From Anaerolineae bacterium (GTDB lineage Bacteria; Chloroflexota; Anaerolineae; B4-G1; SLSP01): a stretch of 56,035 bases of DNA. Made by a program: the position numbers and the translations under genes. The stretch lies in contig DAOTUH010000390.1 of NCBI GenBank assembly GCA_034437255.1, positions 1-56,035 on the forward strand. Direction: 5' to 3'. This document shows, piece after piece, positions 41,508 through 50,553 of this stretch; within the stretch, counting starts at the first letter, position 1; each line of letters begins with the position of its first letter. The notes under the pieces were generated by a model. The model worked only from the letters and a program-made list of their open reading frames with translations. It ran no database searches and was not told the DNA's origin.

Positions 41508-43169
41508 TTATTGTTCTCCTGTACCCAATCGCACATCTAGCGCTGTCAATCCCAATGCCTTGCCGATCTCCTCGGCAGCATTATTGAGCACCGTCTCCAC
41601 ATCCAACGTCTCTCGCATCCGTGACGCGACCTCGCCGATAAGCTGCTCACGGGCGGCGCGACGCTGGGTGTCCTCGTAGAGGCGGGCGCTCTCCAGTGCC
41701 AGGCTCAACTGCTCCACAAGGTTGATCATCAGCGATTTCTCGTCCGCGGTCCAATCGAGCGCTTCATCGGGCTTGTGGGCTACCAGCGTCCCGATGGCGT
41801 GCCCGCGAACCCGGATTGGCAAGGAAAGCGCCGGCAAGTCCCCATGATCGCCTTGAGCTTGCGACGTCGCGTCTTCCACAGGTCGCACGTTACCCTGATC
41901 GTAGACAAAGCCCTGGGCAAGGTGCCGGTGCAGGAGCTCGGCCCACGCCTCGTGGCTGAGTTCGCCGTAGGCCCGGCGTTCCGCTTCCAAAGATTGCTGC
42001 GCCTGCTCAAAGAGACGGGCGTTGCTGATCGCCACGGCGATCTGATCCCCCAGGATCTTCAAGATGGCGATGTCTTCCTCGCCAAAAACTCCAGGTTCTC
42101 GACTCTGGACGTCCAAAACTCCGATAACCTCCCCCCGAGCTCCCAGCGGTAGCAGGATCTCCGAGCGCGTCCCGGCGAGTACAGAATGGTCAGCGTTGAC
42201 CGTCTCAGCGACATCAAGAAGCACTCGGCTTTGTCCCCGTACGACAACAGTACTCACCACCGTATCAGCGTCTACCGGCACGCCATATCCATCTTCGACC
42301 AACTCTCGCCCCATGGCGGACGACGCAGCACGTAGTATGAGGTTTCTGCGCGCTCCATCCAGGAGGAAGATACCGGCATGGTGATAGTCAAAACGCTGGC
42401 TCACCAGGGAGACCACGCGGGTAAGTAGCGTTTCCAAATCGAGCGTCGATATAGCATCGCGGGTCACGCCGGCGACCGTTTCCAGGAAGTGCGTGCGGCG
42501 CTCCAGATCGTGCGCCTGCTCTCGGAACGCATCGCGACTGATCTCCAGCTCCCGGTTCCGTTCCTGGAGCACCCGCTCGGCGTCTTGCAAGCGCTTCACG
42601 GTATTGTTGATGGTTCGCAGGACAAAGCCCCCGATCACCGACATGATAGAGATCACACCGAGGAAAATCATCAGCTCGCCAAAGGGGGCGTTAGAGCCCA
42701 GAAGGTCTGGGAGCATCTCAATTCGCGCAAGGATGTAGAGCACAACTGCCGCCAGCACGCTCAAGCCGCCAAAGACAAAGGCACCCATCCCGCCCAACAA
42801 CAAACCAGCTAGGAAGATCACGATCAAGTATCCACCGGAGATGGGATTGTCTAGGCCACCAAATGCATAGAGCGAGGCAGTAAAGATCAGAAACAACGTC
42901 GAGAGAAATATGATACCTGCCAGATCGGCCTGGCCTCGCCGAAGCAAAACCCACACCGCCCCGGAGATCAAAGTGAAGATGCTGACCAATCCCACGCCCA
43001 TGATGCGGGCACTGGGATCGTCCGCAGTGATAACGAGCGGCACCATGATCACGATGCCCAACACAACCCCTGATACAATAAGAATCGCCAGCAACCGGGC
43101 GTTGCGCGTCTTGATCTCATCGTCCTCAAATGTCGGCGGCGTCAGCAAATTCTTGATTTGGGTTAACAT
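41508..43169 (-). CDS. P12, GAF-stub sensor paralog: class-I polytopic membrane module - coiled coil - degenerate GAF-A - half-GAF - GAF stub
   Basis: 'LLTPPTFEDDEIKTRNARLLAILI'. Its GAF-A has lost family-invariant residues ('FDYHHAGIFLLD', 'DGYGVPVD', 'ADHSVLAGTRSEILLPL'). The tail 'LESARLYEDTQRRAAREQLIGEVASRMRETLDVETVL' is nearly identical to P10. Confidence 0.85.
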   Translation of the reverse strand: MLTQIKNLLTPPTFEDDEIKTRNARLLAILIVSGVVLGIVIMVPLVITADDPSARIMGVGLVSIFTLISGAVWVLLRRGQADLAGIIFLSTLFLIFTASLYAFGGLDNPISGGYLIVIFLAGLLLGGMGAFVFGGLSVLAAVVLYILARIEMLPDLLGSNAPFGELMIFLGVISIMSVIGGFVLRTINNTVKRLQDAERVLQERNRELEISRDAFREQAHDLERRTHFLETVAGVTRDAISTLDLETLLTRVVSLVSQRFDYHHAGIFLLDGARRNLILRAASSAMGRELVEDGYGVPVDADTVVSTVVVRGQSRVLLDVAETVNADHSVLAGTRSEILLPLGARGEVIGVLDVQSREPGVFGEEDIAILKILGDQIAVAISNARLFEQAQQSLEAERRAYGELSHEAWAELLHRHLAQGFVYDQGNVRPVEDATSQAQGDHGDLPALSLPIRVRGHAIGTLVAHKPDEALDWTADEKSLMINLVEQLSLALESARLYEDTQRRAAREQLIGEVASRMRETLDVETVLNNAAEEIGKALGLTALDVRLGTGEQ

Positions 43170-43181
43170 AAGCGCACCTCC

Positions 43182-45044
43182 CTACTCCGCACCGTCGCCC
43201 GATTCGAGACGGACTATCACGTTACGCAACCCCAACGATTCACCGATTTCGCGCACGGTAGTCTCCAATACCGCGTCAACGACCGGTATCTCACGCATCC
43301 GCGCCGTGATCTCACCAATCAAACGTTCATGGGCCACACGCTGTTGGGCTTCCTCAAACAGACGCGCACTATCCAACGTAGGGCCTATCTGATTTACCAA
43401 AGTTTGTACCAGTGCTATTTCCTCATCCGTCCACAGACCGGTCTCGGGCGGCTTACGGAAGTGGAGAACGCCGACATGCTGCTCGCGCACTTTCACGGGA
43501 ACCGCCAAGATGCCGGATTCCGCCTCTGGATCTATGGATTGCACCGGTTCTCCCGTCTGTAACGCGGTTCGCATCTCGTCGTACCACGTGGACGTCTCAG
43601 AGAGACCTTCCTTGGCACTATAGCGATAGCCGGTGCGGTGCGCCCGGATGATCTCCTGCCACGCCTCCCGGCTGAACTCACCATAAAGTCGCTGCACCTC
43701 TTGCAGACGCTCGCGCGCTTCTTGATAGAGGCGAGCATTGTCCAGCGCCAGCGCGATCTGATCCGCCAAGCTCTGGAAGACTGTGACGTTCTCCTCGGTG
43801 AAAGCATCGGGCTCCCTGCTCTGCACGTCCAGAATGCCGATGGTTTCGCCACGAACGCGAAGTGGAAGCGCGACCTCCGAACGAGTTTCCGGCAGATCCG
43901 GGTTATCGAAGTACGAGACGTCTCCGCCGGTGTCCAACGCCACGTACGGCTCTCCTATCTGCATAACACGCCCCACGATGCCCTCACCGAGACCCAGACG
44001 ATGCCTTTGTTCCAACATCCGCTGTCCGCCTGGGCTCGATGCTGTTTTCAACACTGCGTGTGTCCGTGGTTCATTGATGAGAAACAGGCCTGCATGGTAA
44101 AACCCAAACCGCTCGCTGATCAACTGTACCACGTATTCTTGCAGCCGCTCCGGATCCAAGATAGTCGTTGCCATGCGTCCCACGTCCGCCGAGATCCGCA
44201 TCTGCTCCGCCAGGGACTCCAGCGCGACTGTACGCTCGGAGATGCGTTGCTCCAGGGTACCGTAGAGCGTCTGCAGCTCAATCGCCATCTGGTTAAAAGC
44301 CTCGGCCAGCTGCCTCGGCTCCCCGCCCATCTCCATCTCTATCCGATGATCCAACTCGCCAACGGCGAAACTTTCTGCCCCTTTCAGTAAACGAGTCGAT
44401 GCATATTCAAAGGTTTGAATCGTTGAGTAGGCTATAACCACCACAATCAGAAAAGCCACACCTGCCCCAATCAGAACCGAGCGAAAGACGTACCGGTTCG
44501 CCTGGACTGTGGCCTCCAGCGCCTCGGTCTGCGCCCGATTCGAAGCGGCGACCAGTTCATCCAAGGACGCTGAGATACGCGTGATCTCATTTCCCAGCGC
44601 GATGACCCGGGTACGTCGAATCTCTTCCCATTCCCCATCGACGGCGGCCTCAATAAGGTACTCGGTGAGGTTCTGCAGATTGTAGACGGCACCTACGAGC
44701 GCCGAATCTACGTCGTCATCGAACACACGCCTCAAATCCTCATAGCGCGCGTTCATAGTTGTCAAGCGTGCGCGCACCCGATCGCGGAAGTCCTCTCGAT
44801 CCTCCAACAAGATAGCCTCATCAATGGCCAGAACGAGGTCCAGACGGGTTCTGGAAAGCGCCTCCGCCGCCAATGTGCGCTGCGTCTGCAATCTGAGCGC
44901 TTCGTTGGCGTCCGAGATTCGCTGGAGTTGATACACAATATAACCTGTCAGTATCACGAGGAGTAAAGAAAAGATACTGAAGCCCACGATCAATCGAGCA
45001 CGGAGTGAAAGGCCTCCCCGCCGGGGTATCGCTCGTCGTTCCAT
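43182..45044 (-). CDS. P13, GAF-stub sensor paralog: TM - helical (4HB-like) periplasmic domain - TM - HAMP - GAF-A - half-GAF - GAF stub
   Basis: HAMP 'GELDHRIEMEMGGEPRQLAEAFNQM'. 'FGFYHAGLFLINE..TASSPGG..LPETRSEVALPL'. Tail 'LDSARLFEEAQQRVAHERLIGEITARMREIPVVDAVLETTVREIGESL'. Confidence 0.85.
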   Translation of the reverse strand: MERRAIPRRGGLSLRARLIVGFSIFSLLLVILTGYIVYQLQRISDANEALRLQTQRTLAAEALSRTRLDLVLAIDEAILLEDREDFRDRVRARLTTMNARYEDLRRVFDDDVDSALVGAVYNLQNLTEYLIEAAVDGEWEEIRRTRVIALGNEITRISASLDELVAASNRAQTEALEATVQANRYVFRSVLIGAGVAFLIVVVIAYSTIQTFEYASTRLLKGAESFAVGELDHRIEMEMGGEPRQLAEAFNQMAIELQTLYGTLEQRISERTVALESLAEQMRISADVGRMATTILDPERLQEYVVQLISERFGFYHAGLFLINEPRTHAVLKTASSPGGQRMLEQRHRLGLGEGIVGRVMQIGEPYVALDTGGDVSYFDNPDLPETRSEVALPLRVRGETIGILDVQSREPDAFTEENVTVFQSLADQIALALDNARLYQEARERLQEVQRLYGEFSREAWQEIIRAHRTGYRYSAKEGLSETSTWYDEMRTALQTGEPVQSIDPEAESGILAVPVKVREQHVGVLHFRKPPETGLWTDEEIALVQTLVNQIGPTLDSARLFEEAQQRVAHERLIGEITARMREIPVVDAVLETTVREIGESLGLRNVIVRLESGDGAE

Positions 45045-45048
45045 ACCA

Positions 45049-46770
45049 TCAGCCTCCGATCACCGGAGATTCTTCATCCACCAGCTGCAAAACAACCTCA
45101 TCCAAGGCCAGGTGCTGACCGAGCTCTCGAACCGTCGCTGCAAGCACGTCGTCAAGATTGAGTGAGGCTCGCATTTGGGTCGTCACTTCACTGACCAGCT
45201 GCTCCTGTGCCGCACGGCGTCGTGTCTCCTGATAAAGCCGGGCATTCTCCAACGCCAACCCAATCTGCTCACCCAGCTGCATCAATAATTCACGCTCATC
45301 CGTGCTCCAAGAGCCACTCTCTGCCGCTTTGCGAGCGTTGATTACTCCCACAATTTGTCCTCGCACCCGGACAGGTACAGCTACGACCGTGCCTTTTTCT
45401 TCAGCCATTGCCGTCTCGCCTGTGCGCATAACTCGGAGCGAGTACTTGTCAATGATGTCCTCAGCTACGTTCAGACCCAACTGATCGCGCGTGAACCCCA
45501 AGCCCTTCTCTCTTTTAAGCAGGTCTTGCCAGCCCGCGCGGCTTACCTCACCATACGCCCGACGTTCCGCCTCCAGGCGCCTCTCTATCTCTCGCACCAA
45601 CTGCACGTTGCTGATAACCAGGGCGATCTGATCAACCAGCGTCTGCAACACCAACACGTCCTCTTCCCCAAACGCATCGATGTGTTTCGATTGTACATCC
45701 AGTACACCGATAACGCGCTCCCGAGTCTGCAGCGGCAAAGCAACCTCAGAACGGGTCTCCGGCAGTTCAGGATTGTCGAAGTGGACAGCATCCTCACCGA
45801 CATCGCGGGCGATGCGCGCCTCGCCATGTCTCGCAACGTAGCCAACTACCCCCGTCTCCCCCACGCGCAGGCGGTGCCCCTGTGCCAACATACGTTGGCC
45901 TCCCTCAGATGAAGCTGCGCGCAATTCTGCGTACTCCTCCGTGGCATCGAGGAAAAAGACCCCGGCGTGATAATAACCAAAGCGTCTGGAGATCAAGTTG
46001 ACGACCCGACGCAGCAACCGATCCAAATCACGAATGGCAGAGGTTTCCCGCGCCACCTGGGCAGCCGTCGCCAACTGAACGGACCGCCGTTCCAGGGCCT
46101 CTGTGCGCTCTTCGACCAGCTTGTGCAGTTGGTTCTGGCGCAAATTCAGGTGTTGGGTCAGCTCCTGGCTTTTACCCAGCGCGTCGGACAGTTTCAAGAG
46201 AAGATAGCTCTGTGCCAGATTAGCCAGGACACCCAAGATCACCACCAGGGTGCCTCCGCTCAACCAGGCCAGTGGATCTATCACATTGGCCTGGACCGAA
46301 GGCGGGACGACCAGACGCCCGGTCGCGTAGGCCCATCCAAAGACACCCAACACCTCCGCCACCACCACCAGCACGCCAATCCCGGCCACTCGGCCCCAGA
46401 ATACACTGGTGAAAAAGGCAAACGCCAGCATAAAGACATGGCCCTCACCACTAAGTCCAAAATAGTAATAGTTGAGACAGCCAAGCCCGAAGAGAATAAC
46501 CAAAAAAGTACCTGTCTGCAAAGCGTATGTGCTCTTCTTCCAGAAGGCGACGACTAAGAAGAAGAGATACGCGCCCACATAGAAAGGAATAACCGCCAGG
46601 TTCTGGTTTACGTAGTCATAGACGCCGCTGACAACGACCGCTATCCCTCCCAGAACAACCAAAAGGTTCAAAATCACGTGAATCAGTTGCCGCCGGAAGG
46701 TTTCGACGTTTTCAACCGAGGAGTCCCGATCTTGCACTTCTTCTACGCTGACTCGTTCATCTTCAGCCAT
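45049..46770 (-). CDS. P14, GAF-stub sensor paralog: class-II polytopic membrane module - coiled coil - GAF-A - half-GAF - GAF stub
   Basis: 'GLSGEGHVFMLAFAFFTSVFWGRVAG'. 'FGYYHAGVFFLDA..AASSEGG..LPETRSEVALPL'. Tail 'LENARLYQETRRRAAQEQLVSEVTTQMRASLNLDDVLAATVRELGQHL'. The ATG at 46770 has GGAG 6 nt upstream (the ORF track uses TTG 46776). Confidence 0.85.
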   Translation of the reverse strand: MAEDERVSVEEVQDRDSSVENVETFRRQLIHVILNLLVVLGGIAVVVSGVYDYVNQNLAVIPFYVGAYLFFLVVAFWKKSTYALQTGTFLVILFGLGCLNYYYFGLSGEGHVFMLAFAFFTSVFWGRVAGIGVLVVVAEVLGVFGWAYATGRLVVPPSVQANVIDPLAWLSGGTLVVILGVLANLAQSYLLLKLSDALGKSQELTQHLNLRQNQLHKLVEERTEALERRSVQLATAAQVARETSAIRDLDRLLRRVVNLISRRFGYYHAGVFFLDATEEYAELRAASSEGGQRMLAQGHRLRVGETGVVGYVARHGEARIARDVGEDAVHFDNPELPETRSEVALPLQTRERVIGVLDVQSKHIDAFGEEDVLVLQTLVDQIALVISNVQLVREIERRLEAERRAYGEVSRAGWQDLLKREKGLGFTRDQLGLNVAEDIIDKYSLRVMRTGETAMAEEKGTVVAVPVRVRGQIVGVINARKAAESGSWSTDERELLMQLGEQIGLALENARLYQETRRRAAQEQLVSEVTTQMRASLNLDDVLAATVRELGQHLALDEVVLQLVDEESPVIGG

Positions 46771-46802
46771 ACCCAACTCCTAAACTAAATGCCCAGGCGT
46801 CG

Positions 46803-49800
46803 TTAGCTTTCCTCATCAAGTCCACCGGAATCCACCAACCGGACGGTAACTTTCTCCAGATCCAACGCCTGATAGATTGCATCGGCGGCTGTGCGTAAGA
46901 CCGTCTCCACATCGAGCCGTTCTCGCACCCGCCCCGTGACGTCCCCCAGCAGGTGCTCGCGCGCGGCTGCGCGCTGGCTCTCCTCAAACAGGCGCAGGTT
47001 CTCCGCCGTCGACGCCATGCGTTCGGTCAACAGTTTCGCCATCTCGATTTCGTCGGCGGTCCAACTGCGCCCGGCGCTCTTCAAGGCCACCGCGCCAATG
47101 GGCTGGCCCCGGACGAGAGCGGGAATCACCAAAATCTCCTCCGCGACCTCGCCATCCTGTCCGTCCCGTGCCAGCACCACAACCGCTCGTTGGCGCACGG
47201 CCTGTTGTATGGACGCCTGCAGCTCATCGTCCACCACGATGTCACCGGAACGTTCCAGTTGATAGATGAGCTCTGGCTGCGTTTGGAGGTACTCCTCCCA
47301 TGCCTGCTGAATGTAGCGCCGTTGCATCGTCTCCATCTCTGCCAGCGCGGATTGCGTTTGCTCCAATAAGCGGGCGTTCTCGATAGCCGTCGCGATCTGA
47401 CCGACCATGGTCTGGAAGGCCGTGACATCCTCTTCGGTGAAAGCCGCGACATCCGTAGAATGGACCGTCAACGCCCCGATGGGTTTGCCCCGGCTGAGCA
47501 ACGGCAGAGCCATCTCCGAGCGCGTTTCCGGTAACAGCGGGTGATCCAACCCTCGCGTGCTTTTGGTGACGTCAGTCACGATGTGCGGTTGCCCATCCGA
47601 GATGCAAACCCCGACCAACGAGTTGTCGTTCACGGGAAGCTGGTAACCTTCATCCAGCATCTTTCGCCCCGACACACCCGTGCCGCCACGCAGGACAGCC
47701 CACCGTCCAGACCGGCGGGACCATTCACCGCGCTCACTGATTAAGAAGAGCCCCACGTAGTAAAGATCGAAGCGCTCGCGCACAAGATCCACCACACGCT
47801 GCAGCAACGTATCGACGTCCAGAATGCCAGTGACAGTATAAGCCACATCGGCGGCGATTTGAAGCTGATTGCTGCGGCGTTCCAACGCGAGCATCGCTTC
47901 CTTGAGGGGGGTGATATTGCGGGAGACGCCAAAGACGCCCACAATCTCGCCCTCTCTATCTCGCATGGGCAGCTTCGACGTCGAGACCCACGCCACTGTA
48001 CCGTTGGGCCACGTCTCTTTCTCCTCCTTCTCCAGAATCGGCTCGCCGGTGCGGATAATCTCTTGTTCGTCTTCGTAAGCTTCGCGGGCGTGCTTTTCCG
48101 TGAAGAAGTCGAAGTCGGTCTTGCCGATGATTTCCTCCCGGCTTTCCACGCCGAACCAGTCCAGCAGTGCCTGACTCACCTCAATAAAGCGGCTCTCGCG
48201 ATCCTTGAAGAAAATGTGGTCCAACGTGTTCTCCAGGAGAACGTGGAGCAAATACTCTTGATAAGCAAGGGCTTCTTCTGCTTCTCGACGCTCGGCGATC
48301 TCCCGCTGCGCCTGTTCGTAGAGCCGGGCATTGGCAATCGCGTTTCCCAGCTGATCGGCCAAGAGCTGCAATGTGGTGATATCCATCTCGCCAAAGGCCC
48401 TGGGTTCCGTGCTCTGAATGGTCAAGGCGCCGATGGCTTCTCCACGGCTGACCAGAGGCAACGCCATCTCCGAACGAGTATCTGGCAGCCAGGGATTATC
48501 AAACCGCGAGGCCTCCTGGCCCACGTCCAGTGCAACGTGAGCCTCCTTTTCCGCCACAGACCGGCCGATCATGGACTCGGCCCCCACACGCAACTTGTGC
48601 TGGCGAGCGACCATCTCGCGGCCCGCCTCTCCTGTGCCGGCTTGGAGCACGGCCCACTCGCCCGAATCATCGACCAGGAACAAGCCGGCATAGTAGAGAT
48701 CGAACTGCTCACGGACCAACTCGACAACGCGCTGAATCAGGGTCTCGGTCTTCAGGAGCGAGCCGGTCGCTTGGGCGACCTCTGCCGCCGTCTGAATACG
48801 CGCGGCACGTCGTTCGGCTCGCTCCACAAGCTGACTTCCATACAGAGCCCTGCTGATATCCCGCTGAAGAATGTCGTAAATCTCTCCACGCTGCGGACGG
48901 GCATCGAAGAGCACAAACCCAAGTTGGTGCTCGCGGAAATACAGTGGCTCAACGTGCAAACTGAATCGCTGAGACGGTAGCAGATCCGAAGGCACCAATT
49001 TCTGGGAAGGGAAACGTATCTCTTCGGATATAAGATGCTGCCCGTTCGCGTAGGCCAGAAGCAAGCGGGCTCCCGTCGTCGGCGCCAAGGGATTCTCATA
49101 CAGCGAAAGATAACAACCGGGGATATCCAGACGTTCCATGGCTTCGGTGAGGCGCCGCATCATCTCATCCACAGCCAGTGAGATGCTAAGCGTCTGGCCA
49201 ATTTGGGCTAGCAGCGTCCGCAAACCCACCTCCCGGAAACGTCGATCCGCCTGTACCCGGGCGGCCCACTCGCCAACTTTGACGCGACCTCGCTGCCAGA
49301 GCTCTTCTGCGCGCATCAGCGACCGCACCGTGTCCAAGGCCACCAGCAGCTCCCGGCGCATCGCAGAGAGCACATCTTGCCAACACGCGATGTTGACGTC
49401 GTTCTCAGCGCTGGCGCGAAGTATTTCCTCCAAACAAGCCAAAAACTCGTCACTGGATGTCGCATTGATGTCCACAATCAGTGCGTCCAGCAGTTTCGTG
49501 AGCCTTCCATCCTCATCCTGCCCCGACAACGCCGGCGTTACATCGCGCATCGCCGCCAGAACCTGGGTGACGACCGCATCAGACACCACGAAGTCAGAGT
49601 CAGACTCGGAAACAGAGACCTTCGACAGATCCGGAGAGGCTACCAGTTCAACACTACGTGCTTCACAGCCACAGGACTCGCGCACCACGAGATGAGGCGG
49701 CACTTTGATAATCTCCGGCAGTGATTCTTCACCCTCGAGCTCTCTGATGAGCAGCTGAGCCGCCCGGCGACCCATCTCGGCCCAGGGCTGATCGACGGAT

Positions 49801-50552
49801 GTCAACGGAGGTGTAGCAAAACGGGCTTCGGGACGATTATCGAACCCTACCACCGCCACGTCACGAGGAATGTATAAACCTCTGGCTGGTAACCCTTCAA
49901 CCACGTCCATGGCTAACTGATCGTTGGCCGCTACCACCCCATCAAAGGAAACCTTTCGTTCCTCTATCAGCAGTCGCAAAGCCTTTAAACCTGTGCCCCG
50001 CGCAAAGTCACCAGGAGCAACGAGTTCAGGATCGACTTCCAATCCATGATCGCGCAGTGCGTGCCGATATCCACGGTAGCGTGCCTCAGCCTCGATGTGA
50101 CCCTCCGGCCCACGAATAAACGCGAGTCTTTCACAACCATGCACGTCCAGGAGGTGTGTCACAGCATCATAGGTACCCTGGTAGTTATCAATGAGCACGT
50201 TAGGCATACCCGGCAAGTGCGATGAGATGTTCACCTTAGGAATTCCAGCGTACGTCTTCAATAACGCCAGAACTTCTTCGTGATTCACGTAGTGAGCCAG
50301 TATTCCTCCCCAGATCACGAGACCATCGAGTCGTTCAGCACTTGCCAGCTTGTAGAGGACATTGCACTGCGCCAGATGCTCTTCTGGGATACGCAGCGGT
50401 TCTGCTCGAAAACTGATCAAATTGACGTCGTGCTCACGGGCAACCGTATCCACGCCCCTCCAAAGCGCGCGACACGTTGGATCCTCAGCTCCGTAGATCA
50501 ACAGGCCAATCGTAGGGCGTGTGAGTGCTGTCGTGTTGGATGGTTCCATCAT
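46803..50552 (-). CDS. P15, soluble GAF-stub sensor paralog: LacI-type periplasmic-binding-protein fold (no HTH) - helical region - GAF-A - PAS - GAF-A - half-GAF - GAF stub
   Basis: The N-terminal part 'IGLLIYGAEDP..LDGLVIWGG..NVLIDNYQGTYDAVTHLLDVHGCERLAFIRGPEGHIEAEARYRGYRHAL..AANDQLAMDVV..VVGFDN' is a LacI/GalR ligand-binding core lacking the DNA-binding headpiece. PAS 'FFKDRESRFIEVSQA..GKTDFDFF..WVSTSKLPMRDREGEIVGVFGVSRNIT'. Two GAF-A copies (LPDTRSE and LPETRSE). No TM segment. The start ATG at 50552 follows AGGAG by 9 nt and sits 1 nt after the P16 stop (the ORF track extends to 50630). Confidence 0.85.
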   Translation of the reverse strand: MMEPSNTTALTRPTIGLLIYGAEDPTCRALWRGVDTVAREHDVNLISFRAEPLRIPEEHLAQCNVLYKLASAERLDGLVIWGGILAHYVNHEEVLALLKTYAGIPKVNISSHLPGMPNVLIDNYQGTYDAVTHLLDVHGCERLAFIRGPEGHIEAEARYRGYRHALRDHGLEVDPELVAPGDFARGTGLKALRLLIEERKVSFDGVVAANDQLAMDVVEGLPARGLYIPRDVAVVGFDNRPEARFATPPLTSVDQPWAEMGRRAAQLLIRELEGEESLPEIIKVPPHLVVRESCGCEARSVELVASPDLSKVSVSESDSDFVVSDAVVTQVLAAMRDVTPALSGQDEDGRLTKLLDALIVDINATSSDEFLACLEEILRASAENDVNIACWQDVLSAMRRELLVALDTVRSLMRAEELWQRGRVKVGEWAARVQADRRFREVGLRTLLAQIGQTLSISLAVDEMMRRLTEAMERLDIPGCYLSLYENPLAPTTGARLLLAYANGQHLISEEIRFPSQKLVPSDLLPSQRFSLHVEPLYFREHQLGFVLFDARPQRGEIYDILQRDISRALYGSQLVERAERRAARIQTAAEVAQATGSLLKTETLIQRVVELVREQFDLYYAGLFLVDDSGEWAVLQAGTGEAGREMVARQHKLRVGAESMIGRSVAEKEAHVALDVGQEASRFDNPWLPDTRSEMALPLVSRGEAIGALTIQSTEPRAFGEMDITTLQLLADQLGNAIANARLYEQAQREIAERREAEEALAYQEYLLHVLLENTLDHIFFKDRESRFIEVSQALLDWFGVESREEIIGKTDFDFFTEKHAREAYEDEQEIIRTGEPILEKEEKETWPNGTVAWVSTSKLPMRDREGEIVGVFGVSRNITPLKEAMLALERRSNQLQIAADVAYTVTGILDVDTLLQRVVDLVRERFDLYYVGLFLISERGEWSRRSGRWAVLRGGTGVSGRKMLDEGYQLPVNDNSLVGVCISDGQPHIVTDVTKSTRGLDHPLLPETRSEMALPLLSRGKPIGALTVHSTDVAAFTEEDVTAFQTMVGQIATAIENARLLEQTQSALAEMETMQRRYIQQAWEEYLQTQPELIYQLERSGDIVVDDELQASIQQAVRQRAVVVLARDGQDGEVAEEILVIPALVRGQPIGAVALKSAGRSWTADEIEMAKLLTERMASTAENLRLFEESQRAAAREHLLGDVTGRVRERLDVETVLRTAADAIYQALDLEKVTVRLVDSGGLDEES

Positions 50553-50553
50553 C

